This document shows positions 37,901 through 48,475 of a stretch of DNA of 64,000 bases, piece by piece; position 1 is the first letter of the stretch, and each line of letters starts with the position of its first letter. The notes beneath the pieces are model-generated. The model was given only the letters and a program-made list of their open reading frames with translations. It ran no database searches and was not told the origin of the DNA. Made by a program: the position numbers and the translations under genes. Source of the stretch: Eutreptiella sp. 'Long Island Sound 2002' (Eukaryota > Protista > Euglenida); the NCBI GenBank assembly GCA_964036045.1, contig OZ038379.1, forward strand, positions 2,170,001 to 2,234,000, given 5' to 3'.

Positions 37901-39156
37901 TACCACTGATTTAGTAGGTGTTGGAACACCGGCTTGTGTGTCTTTGTGGATGTAGTTTCAGAATTGGTGTCGTCCTTGCAAAAAAGATTTCCATTTGGTG
38001 TCCTGCGGTGCTGCGGTACTGACGAGTATTAATTGTGGTGACTAAGTGTAGTGTCGTGCAGGGTGTACGTATGCCATCATAATACCATCATAATACGCCG
38101 ATGTTCTGCCACCACCTCAGCCAAACTGATGGCCCGTGCCACGCACTCCCATACGCCCATGCTTGTAGCAACTGCCGGTCATTTTGTGTGGCATCCGCAT
38201 ACAAATCCTGCTCGCATGCGGAATATTGTTCCGCATCTTCCTGAGTGCGTCCGCAAGTCTCCTCGTTCGTCCACATTCTTGACTCTTGGAGAGATCATTT
38301 CCAGTACCTTGAGCAGCAGATGTTTGTTGTTTCGTTGCCATGGCCCATTAAGCATGCGTTCCAACATGCACAGGGGACGCAATTTTCCGTTGATCATGCA
38401 TTCCTGTTCATGTGGTGGATGCAACGCTTCTCTCCCACCACGAATGAACCTTTGCTGGGGTGTGGCAGGCGCTGAAACCAGGGTGGTATCTTCTCCTTCT
38501 TGCCCCTCAATGTGCCACGGTGAAGCCATTGGGGCTGTTGGCACTCAGAGCTCTGTGCATGTACTGTCGACCAATGCCTGTGCCCGTCTCCAGGGTTGGT
38601 GTTGGGGTGCTTCTGCATTTTGTGTGTGTGTATGTGTGTATGTGTGGGTGGGTGGGTGGGGCGGGTGTTTATGTAGGTGTACGCATCAGGAGCCAAACAC
38701 CTACCCTTAGCTTTCCCTCTGAATATGCCCTTAAGCACAGCACAGCCCGAACCATAGTAGCTGAAACACGCACCTGGGTGCCCCCGTCCCTGCCTGATAG
38801 CGTTCATGGTGTGACACAAACCTCACACCCATTCATTGCTGGGCCTTGTCTAGAACCATTTTGCGTCGCACAATTTTTGGTTGTGTACTTGCACCAGGGC
38901 TGAAAGACACGCCGGTGGAGTGTTGGTGCACTTGTGCAGGTTTCAACACGAATGCGTTCATTTCGCAAATGGACGCGTGGTTGTGTCTTCCTTTCATCTC
39001 CCTCTTTGTTGGTAGAGTTGCGTGCAGCCGCAGCAGTCGTCATTGCGTGCACGCTTCAGGCGACGTCAGATTGAGGAGGAGCTGACGCAAAAGAAACGGA
39101 AGAAGGAAGAGAAGGAGCGGAGCACACCAAAAAAGATTGCAAAGGCACTGCGCTGA
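21608..39156 (+). CDS. NHEJ1: XLF/Cernunnos-like non-homologous end-joining factor, multi-exon
   Basis: Exons 21608-21756 (MMNPALEAAPWRSIP...FMKCHFTLSSYAFLVADSQLKNFW, cf. XLF LLMQPW...[23 protein letters not shown]), 22543-22657, 23792-23863 (LQVEEASGNAWQTE) and 31970-32145 (IECAPVVDVTSVLIQQMVRPFCGMVQALAAQTELLKQRLIAKDKEL, cf. XLF [30 protein letters not shown]) are phase-consistent GT-AG. Less certain: ~32334 onward (SQQLYANVV; phase link unresolved), 37780-37889 and 39060-39156 (QEQQRRRQIEEELTQKKRKK...KALR*). Confidence 0.72.
25121..26578 (-). pseudogene. Intronless ~485-aa ORF with one in-frame TAA; CCCH zinc finger plus CxxC...CxxC zinc ribbon (zf-trcl-like); probably a mobile-element (Gag/ORF1-like) gene
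   Basis: CPYQNNCRFQKHCWYKH and TCKDCCTSFALTEATKNWYLTRDLHVPLRCEDCRLKRK. The frame continues past the TAA at ~25529 (DLQ*QSSGSIG...LQEDSSDTTEC) to 25121. It lies in XLF intron 3. Confidence 0.6.
26990..27520 (-). repeat. Dispersed repeat family B, copy 2 (inverted relative to copy 1)
   Basis: Reverse complement of ~1185-1640. Confidence 0.8.
29470..30405 (+). pseudogene. piggyBac (DDE_Tnp_1_7-type) transposase, C-terminal portion, one in-frame TGA at 29785-29787
   Basis: RVLVGDSFFGSHDAAAML*SMGCPFL (DNFFTS-like Asp motif), YRKFSPGVDSFNQM (GGVD motif), RFQSWWK, C-terminal RGRCAQC...YVCKGCGCYLHPECFADYH Cys-rich domain. Confidence 0.88.
30484..30538. repeat. (CA)n microsatellite
   Basis: Direct reading. 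Confidence 0.95.
31720..31905. repeat. Compound microsatellite (CA)n-(CT)n-(C)n-(CT)n-(GT)n
   Basis: Direct reading. Just upstream of the XLF exon at 31970. Confidence 0.95.
33636..34442 (+). mobile_element. Satellite-carrying non-autonomous element, complete copy 2, with imperfect TIRs and a 7-bp flanking direct repeat
   Basis: Left end CATATATCGCATGAAATCGCCCCC vs reverse complement of the right end GATAGTATGCACGAAGTCGCCCCC. GGCCGCC flanks both sides (33629-33635 and 34443-34449). Internal ~99-bp tandem units as in 1-545. Confidence 0.85.
36880..37600 (+). pseudogene. Possible degenerate cysteine-cluster (CxC5-like, KDZ-transposon associated) ORF fragments
   Basis: CTTIGCAKF...VVVLRALCDGKVQAVTFWSGDLHKECKQCMAYLP, then in another frame FLSDHMVRTFDTSTLSVASNPHLATLYTAY. 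Resemblance from memory only. Confidence 0.25.
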
Positions 39157-41541
39157 TGTGCAGTTCCTGCGGTTTCAAGTCACATATGGCGGTTTTTGCA
39201 CCAACCGTAGATCATCCATAACCCTAACCGACTTCGACCCAATCTGGTTCAGATTTCTTCTGTCCCCCACTTGCCCGCTGGAGTTTTTCGTGGTCTCGTA
39301 TTTTTGGGCGTCTTACAATTTCTGTAGCGAAGGACTACTACTGGGGCTACTACCACTAGCATTGGCACAGCTACTGGTCCTGCAACAACTACAGCTGCTG
39401 CTGCTGCTGCTGCTGCTGCTCGTATTATTAGGGCCATTGAAAGGTTGGCAGCCAAGGGATGTGGGGCGATGCAAACAACAAAAGCGTCTTTGCTTTGACA
39501 TAGGGACATGAGGACGCTACTGTTGGGTAGGGTGGCATTGGGCATGGGCTTGTGCTCGTGCTTGGGCTTGAGACTTTGGGGGCAGGTTTGTAAAATTGTA
39601 TTCAACAGGTGCAGCAGGCTACGGTCCACAGTGCAGCTGCAGAATGGGTCCTGACCCATGCGCCCCCCAAACACCTGGACAGAAAATTGAATTTTGGGCA
39701 ACATGGGCTGCAGGCAAGAGTTTCCTGTGGTTTGCAGGAAGGGAATCAAACACCCAGAGGGCCAATTGGAAGACAGAAAGGGCAAGACCACTGCCCAACG
39801 ATCTCATGTGAAGATTTATGGAGATGTACTGCCAGCCCTGGCCATCCCATCACCCTAGTCTGAAATCTCCTGCTGCCCGTTGACCTCTAACCCTTGGGCA
39901 GTATGTGCTGGAGCATAGGCGCATTCCTACGTTTATTCCACAGAGATGGGGTGACCCAAACGACGTGAGTTCGCTTCTGGACAGAACCATGCCTCGATGT
40001 TCCAGCGCAGGCGGCAGGGGGGGGGGGTACTTGGGGGAGGCACCATGAGAACATGCGCACGTTCTTGTTCCTGGCTCAGTTGTGTTCCTATCAAATTTGT
40101 CCCTCATGTGCTCACTGTCAAGCGAACATTCTGCCGTAGTTGCCTGTCAACAAGGTCAAACAAATATTCATCCTGATGCAAGCCACAGCTCCTCTTATCA
40201 GGTTGTGTCAATTTTGCAACAAGCTGCCCAATTTAATGATGAGCCTGGTGATACAACGAGACATAGAAAAGAAAGATGAAACTAAAAGGAATCATGAATG
40301 GCCCAAAAGCCAGCCAACCCACCATTGGCCCCCCCGGGGGTTGAGGAGTCCTATCAAAAGGAGCCGCCCACCATTTTCAAAAAGCAGGTACCCGCCCACC
40401 CCCGGGGTGGTTAGTGATGTGGGCTGCAAGGCATGGCCGTATGGTGCTTTGTGACCATGACAAAGTCATGCGGGAGCAGGTGTTGGTGGGTGGGTGGGTG
40501 GGGTGCTTTTTGGGTTTCAGCCCCCCTGGGGGTAGGCTCTGTGCGGGGGGGGGGGGGGGGGATGCATTTTTTGTGCAGTCTTTTGCATCTCAGGGTGGTG
40601 GCCATTTTTTGCATTTTTTTGACGGCATGTCGTGTTTTGCATGCCAAAAGCCAATCTGTCACAAAGGAGAGTAGACTCTGCCTTCCCCTGAAGGTACCCT
40701 TTGGTACCTTCCAGAACTGAAGGGGTTAGGGTTCTTTGCAGCAACACTGGGACACACCAGTCAGCGTGGCACTTTCCTTGTTCCACAGCGCATTGCCATG
40801 CTTTGTTTCACCAAAGCGGTGCACTTTGGGTCCCAGGGGAGGGGGCGGTACTTTGGGTGGGTGGGGGCTTAAGTGCGGGGCTGAAGTGGTGGTGGGGGGG
40901 GGGGGTGATTGCTGACTTGCATATCAAACGATTGTCAGACAAGGTGAAGGAGAAAGTCATTCAATCAGATGAGTGGCATCAATTGTAGGGTGGTGAATAA
41001 TGCCATTCACAGCCCAATGGCTTTTGCTGCATTTTGGGCTAGCCGGGTTGTGAGCTGGCAAAGCTTGCCTGCTTCTTGATTCATCTTCTTGTAACTTCTG
41101 GTGGGGTGGAATGTAGCTTTAGTTTTTGCAGGTAACATGGATACAAAATACCTCCATGGTCTGCCAAATACAAATTGCCGCGTAACAAAAATGCCAATGT
41201 TTAATGGAGATATTGAGCGATGATGGTAGTCTTGGAGATAGAGTGTATCCCAAAAACAGAAATTTCTGTATCATTGTATCCCAAGCTTCGAGGTTGTGTA
41301 TCATGTGTGTATCCCAACTTTCAACAGTGTGTATCACACGTGTGTCACCCTTTCACTTTCAAGTGCATGGGCATTACACGGGCTGCACGGAGGGTTTTTG
41401 GTGTGCCGCATGCATGCAGTGTGAATGCGCAACATAGAGATGAGGCACGGTGTTAACTGACACTGTGTTCTCTGTGTTCTCTGGAGGACCTCAAGACCTA
41501 CGACCTCGTTCCCAATCCCGTACCGCTATTCCCTAGACACG

Positions 41542-43126
41542 ATGAAGCAATCAATTTTGAAGATGCATCTTGCAACACCCCCTACATGGAATGACCACTC
41601 CTCTTCCGGCTCCAAGTCCTCGGCCCTAGCTCGAAAGAAGAGGTGGATATCCAAGGGGGAGCCTGAGCACATGCGCAAAACCAAGCGGGTATTCTGTGCA
41701 AAGTGGAAAAAGGGCAGACCTTGGCTGTGTTATGACAAAGAGAAGGGCATGTGGTGCATCATATGCCATGCACACCATGATAATCTTGCTGTTGCTTGTC
41801 CCCCATCACGACAGAATGCTTTGGTAAATCCAACCACACTATTCACGTATGGCAATGTGAAGGATCATGCAGATGGCCTTTACCATTTGACAATAGTGGA
41901 CCTATCAGAGCCCTTGAGTACAACACTAGCAAATCTGCCGATACCAATTCCTTCATCAATCTTGCCCCAAATGAAGACCTTATTCCGCATAGTGGTGGAC
42001 CTGGTGCGCACAGGTACGGCGCACAACCAGCTTCGCGCTCTCCTTCTTCTTCAAGTGTGCAATGGTGTACAGTACGAGTTGCGGTATGACCGTAAGTATG
42101 TGCCGATCGTCTTGAAGTATTTAGCCATGGTGGCATGGAGGTACCTACAAATATTGTGGGTTGCGTCTACTTTCCGGGCAGTGATGACTGATGAAATCAA
42201 GGTGGCGAACACACCGTGGCTGTCAACTGCTGCCATGCTATACGTCAACAACAAGTGCATCACAGTGCCAATTGGCTGTGGTGCATTACCCGTTGATGAT
42301 CGTGATGCCAAGGCTTTGGAGGACGCTCTGCGTGACGTGTTCTCGAAAAGTGACATACACCCTTGGCTTGATGCTGCATCAATTTGTGTCACGGTTGATG
42401 GAGCACCAGTTTTGCTACCTGGCCTTCCTGACTGGTTGCAACAGCAAGCCCTGCATGCATTATTTTGGTATTGTGCTCTTTACAGGACAGAATGTGTGGA
42501 TTTGAATGTGCCACAGGTGGAGAAGGTTGAACGTTGACACTGATACTGTCCGGAAGGGTGCCAAGAGGCTCAACAACATCTTGGCCCGCACGGCCAAATT
42601 CTTCAATGTCTCCATGAAGAGGTGGGCAGGAATGAGGAAGGTTGGCAAAAAAATCAGTTTCCACATCAATCATGGACAAACCACGAGGACACTAGCAGGT
42701 GACAAGGCTTACCGGTTATCAAAGTACCGTTGCCTTCAAAAAACCTGCTTTGTGAAATGGAAGGGGCGGGTTGCCTACATTCGGTTGAATAATTGCCCAA
42801 CTTTGCAGCGCTTCTTGCAGGATACCTCCCTCTTCACCACCAAGACAACTCGCAAGCAAGCGCAGGCTCTGCTCTACCGCTTCCAAGAGCTATTCATCAT
42901 TGGCGGCATGCAAATGTGCAAGGCTTGGGATGCAGTGTTATCCACTTTGTCACGGTGCACACAAGCAAACTGGGCATTGCTGCCAACATTGTACCACACG
43001 GTCATCATTGCGGAGCGCCGTGTACAGAAATTGACAGGCATCATAGAACATATCATTGTGGATGTTGTCCTGCAGCATGGCAAGTACAAAGGCTTGAAGG
43101 TGAATGGAACTCCAGAGGACCTCTAG
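41542..43126 (+). pseudogene. hAT-superfamily (ZNF862/ZMYM-like) transposase remnant, frameshifted
   Basis: TTF-type zinc finger (RVFCAKWKKGRPWLCYD...WCIIC...KDHADGLYH), MTDEI (first Asp), VTVDGAPVL (second Asp), WYCALYR (CxxH-like box), then after a frameshift LARTAKFFNVSMKRW and LQKTCFVKW. Confidence 0.8.
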
Positions 43127-44027
43127 AAGTTCGTGGACTAGGGACGACGTCTGATACCGTGAACGCTTCAAAAAATCACAAAGCGCTTTGACACCACCAG
43201 CAGTGATACACACTATCCCCAGCACTGGATGATGTCCACATAAAGCGCCGATGATGCGCATGTCCCAACAGGGCCACACGTGGCCAAGAGGAACTGAAGT
43301 TGGACATTGACCATGGGATTGTGATGGAACTCGTGGTGGCCTACGAGGGCGCTAATGACGTGGAGTATGAACACGCGGCCAAACAAGTTTGAGGTATTCC
43401 TGGGTGAAAGGTGACTCTGTCGATGGTGGCAGTGAAATGGGAGGAGCCGAGTTGGAAGGAGATGCGGGACAAGATGCAATTGATCGAGTCAGAGCTCGCC
43501 AAGGCTAAGGCCAGCAAGGACAAGAGCAAGCGCAAGTAGTTGATGTGGGAGGACAGGGCCGTGAAAGAGGAGACCTTGCATGTGTTCATCAACGAGGAGG
43601 ATGGGGTCCCGGAGTGGATGTCGCAGCCTCATTGTGCAAGCGATTGTGGACATTGAAGACTCTGTGTCCGCCATTCCTGCCGTCGAGGGATGGAAATTGG
43701 TCACACCATGCCATGAGGTGTAGCCAAACGGAATGCAGCCGACAGCCCCCCACTGTCGCAGCCTATTTTTGGCACCCCATACCCCGCACGCGTGCATGTT
43801 CTTGGGGTTTCTGTGCGCTCACACAGGTGAAAATAGCCCGCATATACAAGTGGTTGCATTTTGCGCTTGCGTATCGGTCAACTTTTTTTTTTCCACGACA
43901 GCCCCCGTCTTTGCACAAGACAGGGGTTCTGTCGGACGTCAGCGCCCCTGTCTTGTACCACCTGTCTTACGACAGCTGCTTGTCTTGAAACCTGTCTGCA
44001 CCCCCTGTCTACGGACAGCCCCCTGTC

Positions 44028-44819
44028 TTGAAACCTGTCTACGGCACCTATCTTGTATTAGCACCTGTGTTGGCTCTTCTCTCTTCTATTGCAAAAGTGG
44101 ACAACTTTGCAAAGGGGTGGATTGGCAGTGTGGGGACCAAGACGGGGGCAGTGGTGGTTCGTGCCACCAAAATGCCCACACAATACATCTTTGCGAGGGA
44201 GAGTATGCAGGTGCAATGCGATGGTACCATGGCGGATGTCAAGATGTTGCCCGCGTTCACCTCCAAGCGATCCCCAGGGTGCTTCAATGATGTGCTACAC
44301 AATATTTTGGAAGGGAACCCACATCTGCAGCTTGTGGTGGTACGGCCCAGTGGCGAAGACCTGGATCACCTGTTTGAGTACGCCCAAGCTACCGTCGATG
44401 GGGATGGCCGCCAAGAGACGGTGTACCTCGAGAACCTGGACGACGACGGGTGCCTGGACATCCGAGTAGATGCCCCCCAAGGGGCCTCTCAGAAAAACAC
44501 ATCATGGCAAGGACCTTTGCAGCACCGCCTTTGCCCGTCCATGGAAAAGCATCCAAGTTTGTCAAGTCCCGTGTACTCCCTCCGAAGTGACTCCCCTCAC
44601 CAATGCAGTGAACATGGGCCGGGAACAACGTCCGCTGGGCTATGGGTGACACACAACAATGACCCCATTACCATCCCCTCTCTACCACCACGACGTTGGG
44701 GTGTCCGACGACCATCTCAAGGGGGCAGACGGTACCACACCGCTAGAGACACATGGGGACGACTCACATTGACGCTGGTCGTGCGTTTTCGCGCAACAAT
44801 CAATCGACATCATCGATGA
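44028..44819 (+). CDS. Uncharacterised ORF inside the composite element
   Basis: 263-aa ORF. The central part (GWIGSVGTKTGAVVVRA...YLENLDDDGCLDIRVDAP) has globular-protein-like composition. No family recognised. Confidence 0.35.
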   Translation: MKPVYGTYLVLAPVLALLSSIAKVDNFAKGWIGSVGTKTGAVVVRATKMPTQYIFARESMQVQCDGTMADVKMLPAFTSKRSPGCFNDVLHNILEGNPHLQLVVVRPSGEDLDHLFEYAQATVDGDGRQETVYLENLDDDGCLDIRVDAPQGASQKNTSWQGPLQHRLCPSMEKHPSLSSPVYSLRSDSPHQCSEHGPGTTSAGLWVTHNNDPITIPSLPPRRWGVRRPSQGGRRYHTARDTWGRLTLTLVVRFRATINRHHR

Positions 44820-45460
44820 GCTACGACAAGAGGTCAGGGCGGCCCAAAACAAGTTTCACTGGGAGACTGTCGCGGGGAAGCCCCCTCATCAAGATCTGTA
44901 CCTTGAGCACGTGCGTGGTCTTTCGGCAGAGGAAGTGACAATGCTTTCGCATGGTTACACGGCTCTTTTACCACAAGTTTGCGGGTTTGCCATGAAGCAA
45001 CTTGACAGGGTGCGAACGTCCTTTGCGGGTGACCAAAAGCAGCACCACCTTTTGTTTGTCAAGTTGGTGCGTCTTCCCAATGAATCACCGGGGCCGGTTC
45101 ATCGCGCAGTTCAAAGACGCCTTGTTCCTGACGACGGGATCTTCCTCACTTCCTACGCTCTGGTTGTTGGGTCACATACGGCGGATAGTACAACGAACGG
45201 GTACTTCGTCCCATTGAGTTCTGGAGGTTTGCCGCAGCCTCGGAACACGTTGCCATTCCCCACGGTGCCCGGCGAGTCATTGGTTTGCCCATCCGACTGC
45301 ATTGTTCGCCTTCCTGGGAATTGGGTATGCATGAGCCGTTGGTCCTCATTGTTATGGGCTTTGGGACACATCGTGTGACCCACCATGCCGGATATCGATT
45401 TTTGCCGCCCCTTGATTGCACCATGGCCCCTCTGCCTGACAATCTTGGTCAAGTTGGACC

Positions 45461-46072
45461 ATGCACAGGTTGCAACAAGAAGCAAAGCGCCAGCAAAAGG
45501 TCCCCTTGCACGCTGTGTCAAGAAGAGCTGGTGTGCCGGAGCCGCTCCCAGGCTGGTACATGTTGTGGGGCATGCCGCACCAACCTAGGTTGGCACTTGG
45601 AATTCAAGGCGAAGACGGTCACCGACATCCCTGGTCTACCACGGCAAGCATGTTGTGCGACGAGAATACCCACACGTACGTCACGGCGGTTGACATGCCT
45701 TGGGCGGTCACGGAAGTGCGGAGCATGGGGGGTGCTGCACCTAGCCCTGAGCATTGCCCATGGCGTCACTCTTGCTGTGGCAACTGCATCGTTTCCACCG
45801 TTTCCGACACGGTCCTCGCCACTGTTCACGTCCCCCCCGGTGTGGGTATCATTCTTCGCAACGTACAGTTTGGGGGCTTTACTGTTCGGTCTCCTCCTGA
45901 TCTGCAGTTCTCAGCCACACACGGTTGTGTCTTGTGGTGCGCGCTTGTTCCCCCGCAAACGCCCCTCTTGGATTGTCGTATGGCGCGGTACTACGACCGG
46001 ATCACCCCACGGGAAAAACAATCCTCAAGGGTTTCCAAGGCGGCAACACCAAAGAAGGGGAACCGGGCCTAG
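45461..46072 (+). pseudogene. SET-domain-like ORF inside the composite element
   Basis: Ordered motifs PGWYML, LGIQGED, TYVTAVD, RHSCCGNC (cf. NHSCxPNC) and VLATVHVPPGVGII (cf. A.R.I..GEE). Confidence 0.45.
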
Positions 46073-46351
46073 TCTGTCAGCGATGACAACGGCCCGGAGG
46101 ATGCAGTGCAGTGGATGTGTGCCTCTCAACAGGTGCACTACCCAATCAACTCCCACGCTGCGCACGACGCGTGTTTGCTAATTTTGTTTGCGATCCGTGT
46201 GTTGCGACAGCTGCCTACGACAAGCATCAAGATAGTCCCCTGTCCCGTGATAGCCCCCCACGACAGCCCTGCCGACAACCCCTGTGTCTGATGACGGACC
46301 CTGTTTTGTACCCTGTCTTCATGCCTTGTCCCACGACAGCCCCCCTGTCTG

Positions 46352-47400
46352 GTGCTCATGCCCCCCTGTCCTTACGTGCTCTCACTTCAGGCCTCAGTGG
46401 ATGTTCTTCCGGCCATGGACGCGACAATCCCTGTCGCCCCTAGAGTTCGCCGTTTCGTTCCGTTCGTTGGGAACAAGGATCAGGGGGAGAAGGATGCGGG
46501 GCACAAGGATGTGGGGCAGAAGGATGGGGTGCCACAGCCCGCCCTGTCACAGGAATTCCCGCTCATGTCGGGCGAGGAGACGACGGACCCGGTGCTGTGC
46601 GGCAGTGCAGTGGTCTGGACACCGTCGGATGCCGCATGGGACTCGAAGGGGGCGACCGTGTACTACAAGAGAGCAGTCATCAACTTGTGCGATAGCGAGG
46701 GCCATCTCAAGCCGCGCGGCGTGAAGATGCCCATTGCGATCAACAGCCCTGCCCGGGATGGAACCGGTACACTCGGAGCAGTGGTGTGGTGCACAACTCA
46801 GCCTCGCGGAGGGGGCAAGACGTAGATCAAGGAGCGATTCCTCGTGCAGGCCCCTCTGAACTACACATGGAACCACGGCCGTTGGATCTGCTTGTGGAAG
46901 TTCACGACCATTGGGGGGCAACCAGGCGTGGACCACGTGCGCACGTCGTTGGAGAATGAGTTCCGGTCACGGGAACGAGAGGCGGTGCAAGTCAAGTCGG
47001 AGAAGTCGGAGGCCCAAGACACAGGGGATTCGGACTCGGACGTACGTCCCCCCCAAAAGCGGAAAACCACCAGGGGCCTCTTGGAGGAGCTCGTGTTGTC
47101 GGCGAGGAGCGACGCAAGGGCAGAGCAATCACCACGCCCCGCAAAGGGGCCTGCGTCCACGGAGGTCCGTGCGCTCAAGAAGGAGCACTAAACTACCCTG
47201 AACGAGGCAATTTTTGAAGAGCACCGGAAGCATCAACACAAGCAGCAGGAGGCCACTAGCCCTTTGAAGGAAGCGCTCGAGCAGGCCAAGAAGAGCCCGC
47301 GGAGGCCCAGGTGGAGGACCTGGACCTCAAGGTGCAAGTCAACCAGGAGAAGGCTCTCCGTGTGGAGCTCGAAGGCCGGTTGGCCCAGGGATAGAGCTAG
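46352..47400 (+). pseudogene. Interrupted ORF (in-frame stops) ending in a charged coiled coil, inside the composite element
   Basis: ORFs 46352-46825 and 46844-47191 share one frame, which continues into LNEAIFEEHRKHQHKQQEATSPLKEALEQAKK. Confidence 0.4.
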
Positions 47401-48475
47401 GGTGACAGCCTAAAAACGCAACTCAAGGCACAAAAGGAGATGACAACACAGTGGCGGGAGCTGTAGCAGTCCATGGCAGCGAGGGGCAGTTCGACCCAGT
47501 CCCAGTCACAGTCCCAATAAGGCCAATCCACTCCGATGCAAGGTTGTCCCTTTCGGGGGTTTTCAGCATTGGCACTGTCCCCTTTCCCCCAAGAACACTT
47601 GCCCTCACCCCCTTTTTGGGAGTCCTGGCAGACTCTTTACACTACGGGGAGTTGACCAACCCTCTCCCTGTACCTGGGGGGGGGGGGGTGTCAATGCATC
47701 GGTCGCAGTATAAATGAGTTGCACCAAGTGTGCACCACTGTCCATGTGTGGGCGTGATTTTAATTTGCATCACTCGGTCATCACATGGCTCCCCTGCGTG
47801 AGCCTGATATTCATTTTCTTCCTTTTGTTGTAGACGTGGCTTGATGGCCAGTTGATAGCAGAATTCATTGTGCCACGGTGCTCAGTTTCTTTTCAAGACC
47901 ATAGAAGCAATATGAACTGAACCTCTGTCCTGAGTTGCAATGTGCAAGTGAAGCACGGTATTGCAATGTCACAATTGTTGCGCCTTGCAATGGAATGTCC
48001 GCAGCATTGATGCCTGCCCTGATCACAATGGAGGAAGGATGTATGCCACCGTAATGCATGGGGCGGGGGGCGGAGGTGTGGTTGCGCAACATCAACCGAG
48101 AACGAAGGTGATGGGATAGCACAACAGGATACCAAGACAGGGGTCATGACAAGGGTCTGTCTCAAGACCGGTTTCCAAGACAGGTACTAAGACAGGGGGG
48201 CTGTCCGGCGACAGCACCCCTGTCCGAGGGCCTGTCTTGGTAAGCTGTCTTGAGACAGACCCCTGTCATGACCCCTGTCTTATTAGCCTGTCTTGAACAC
48301 CGTTCGTGAGACAACTATGGGTGTGGTTGACTGCTGCATTGTGTTGCATTGTTTGTTGATAGGAAAAATGGCCTCTAGCAGCCTGTCCGAGATTCTTGAC
48401 CCCATGTGCTGTAGTGTGGCCAAGCTCCACTTGGCACCTAGTTGGACTTTGTCCAACTGATGGCGCCGTGAGCGC

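Noticed and set aside
44028-47400. RAG2-like kelch partner next to the RAG1-like transposase
   Set aside because: No kelch GG/W repeat pattern or PHD finger in these ORFs, and they are co-oriented rather than convergent.
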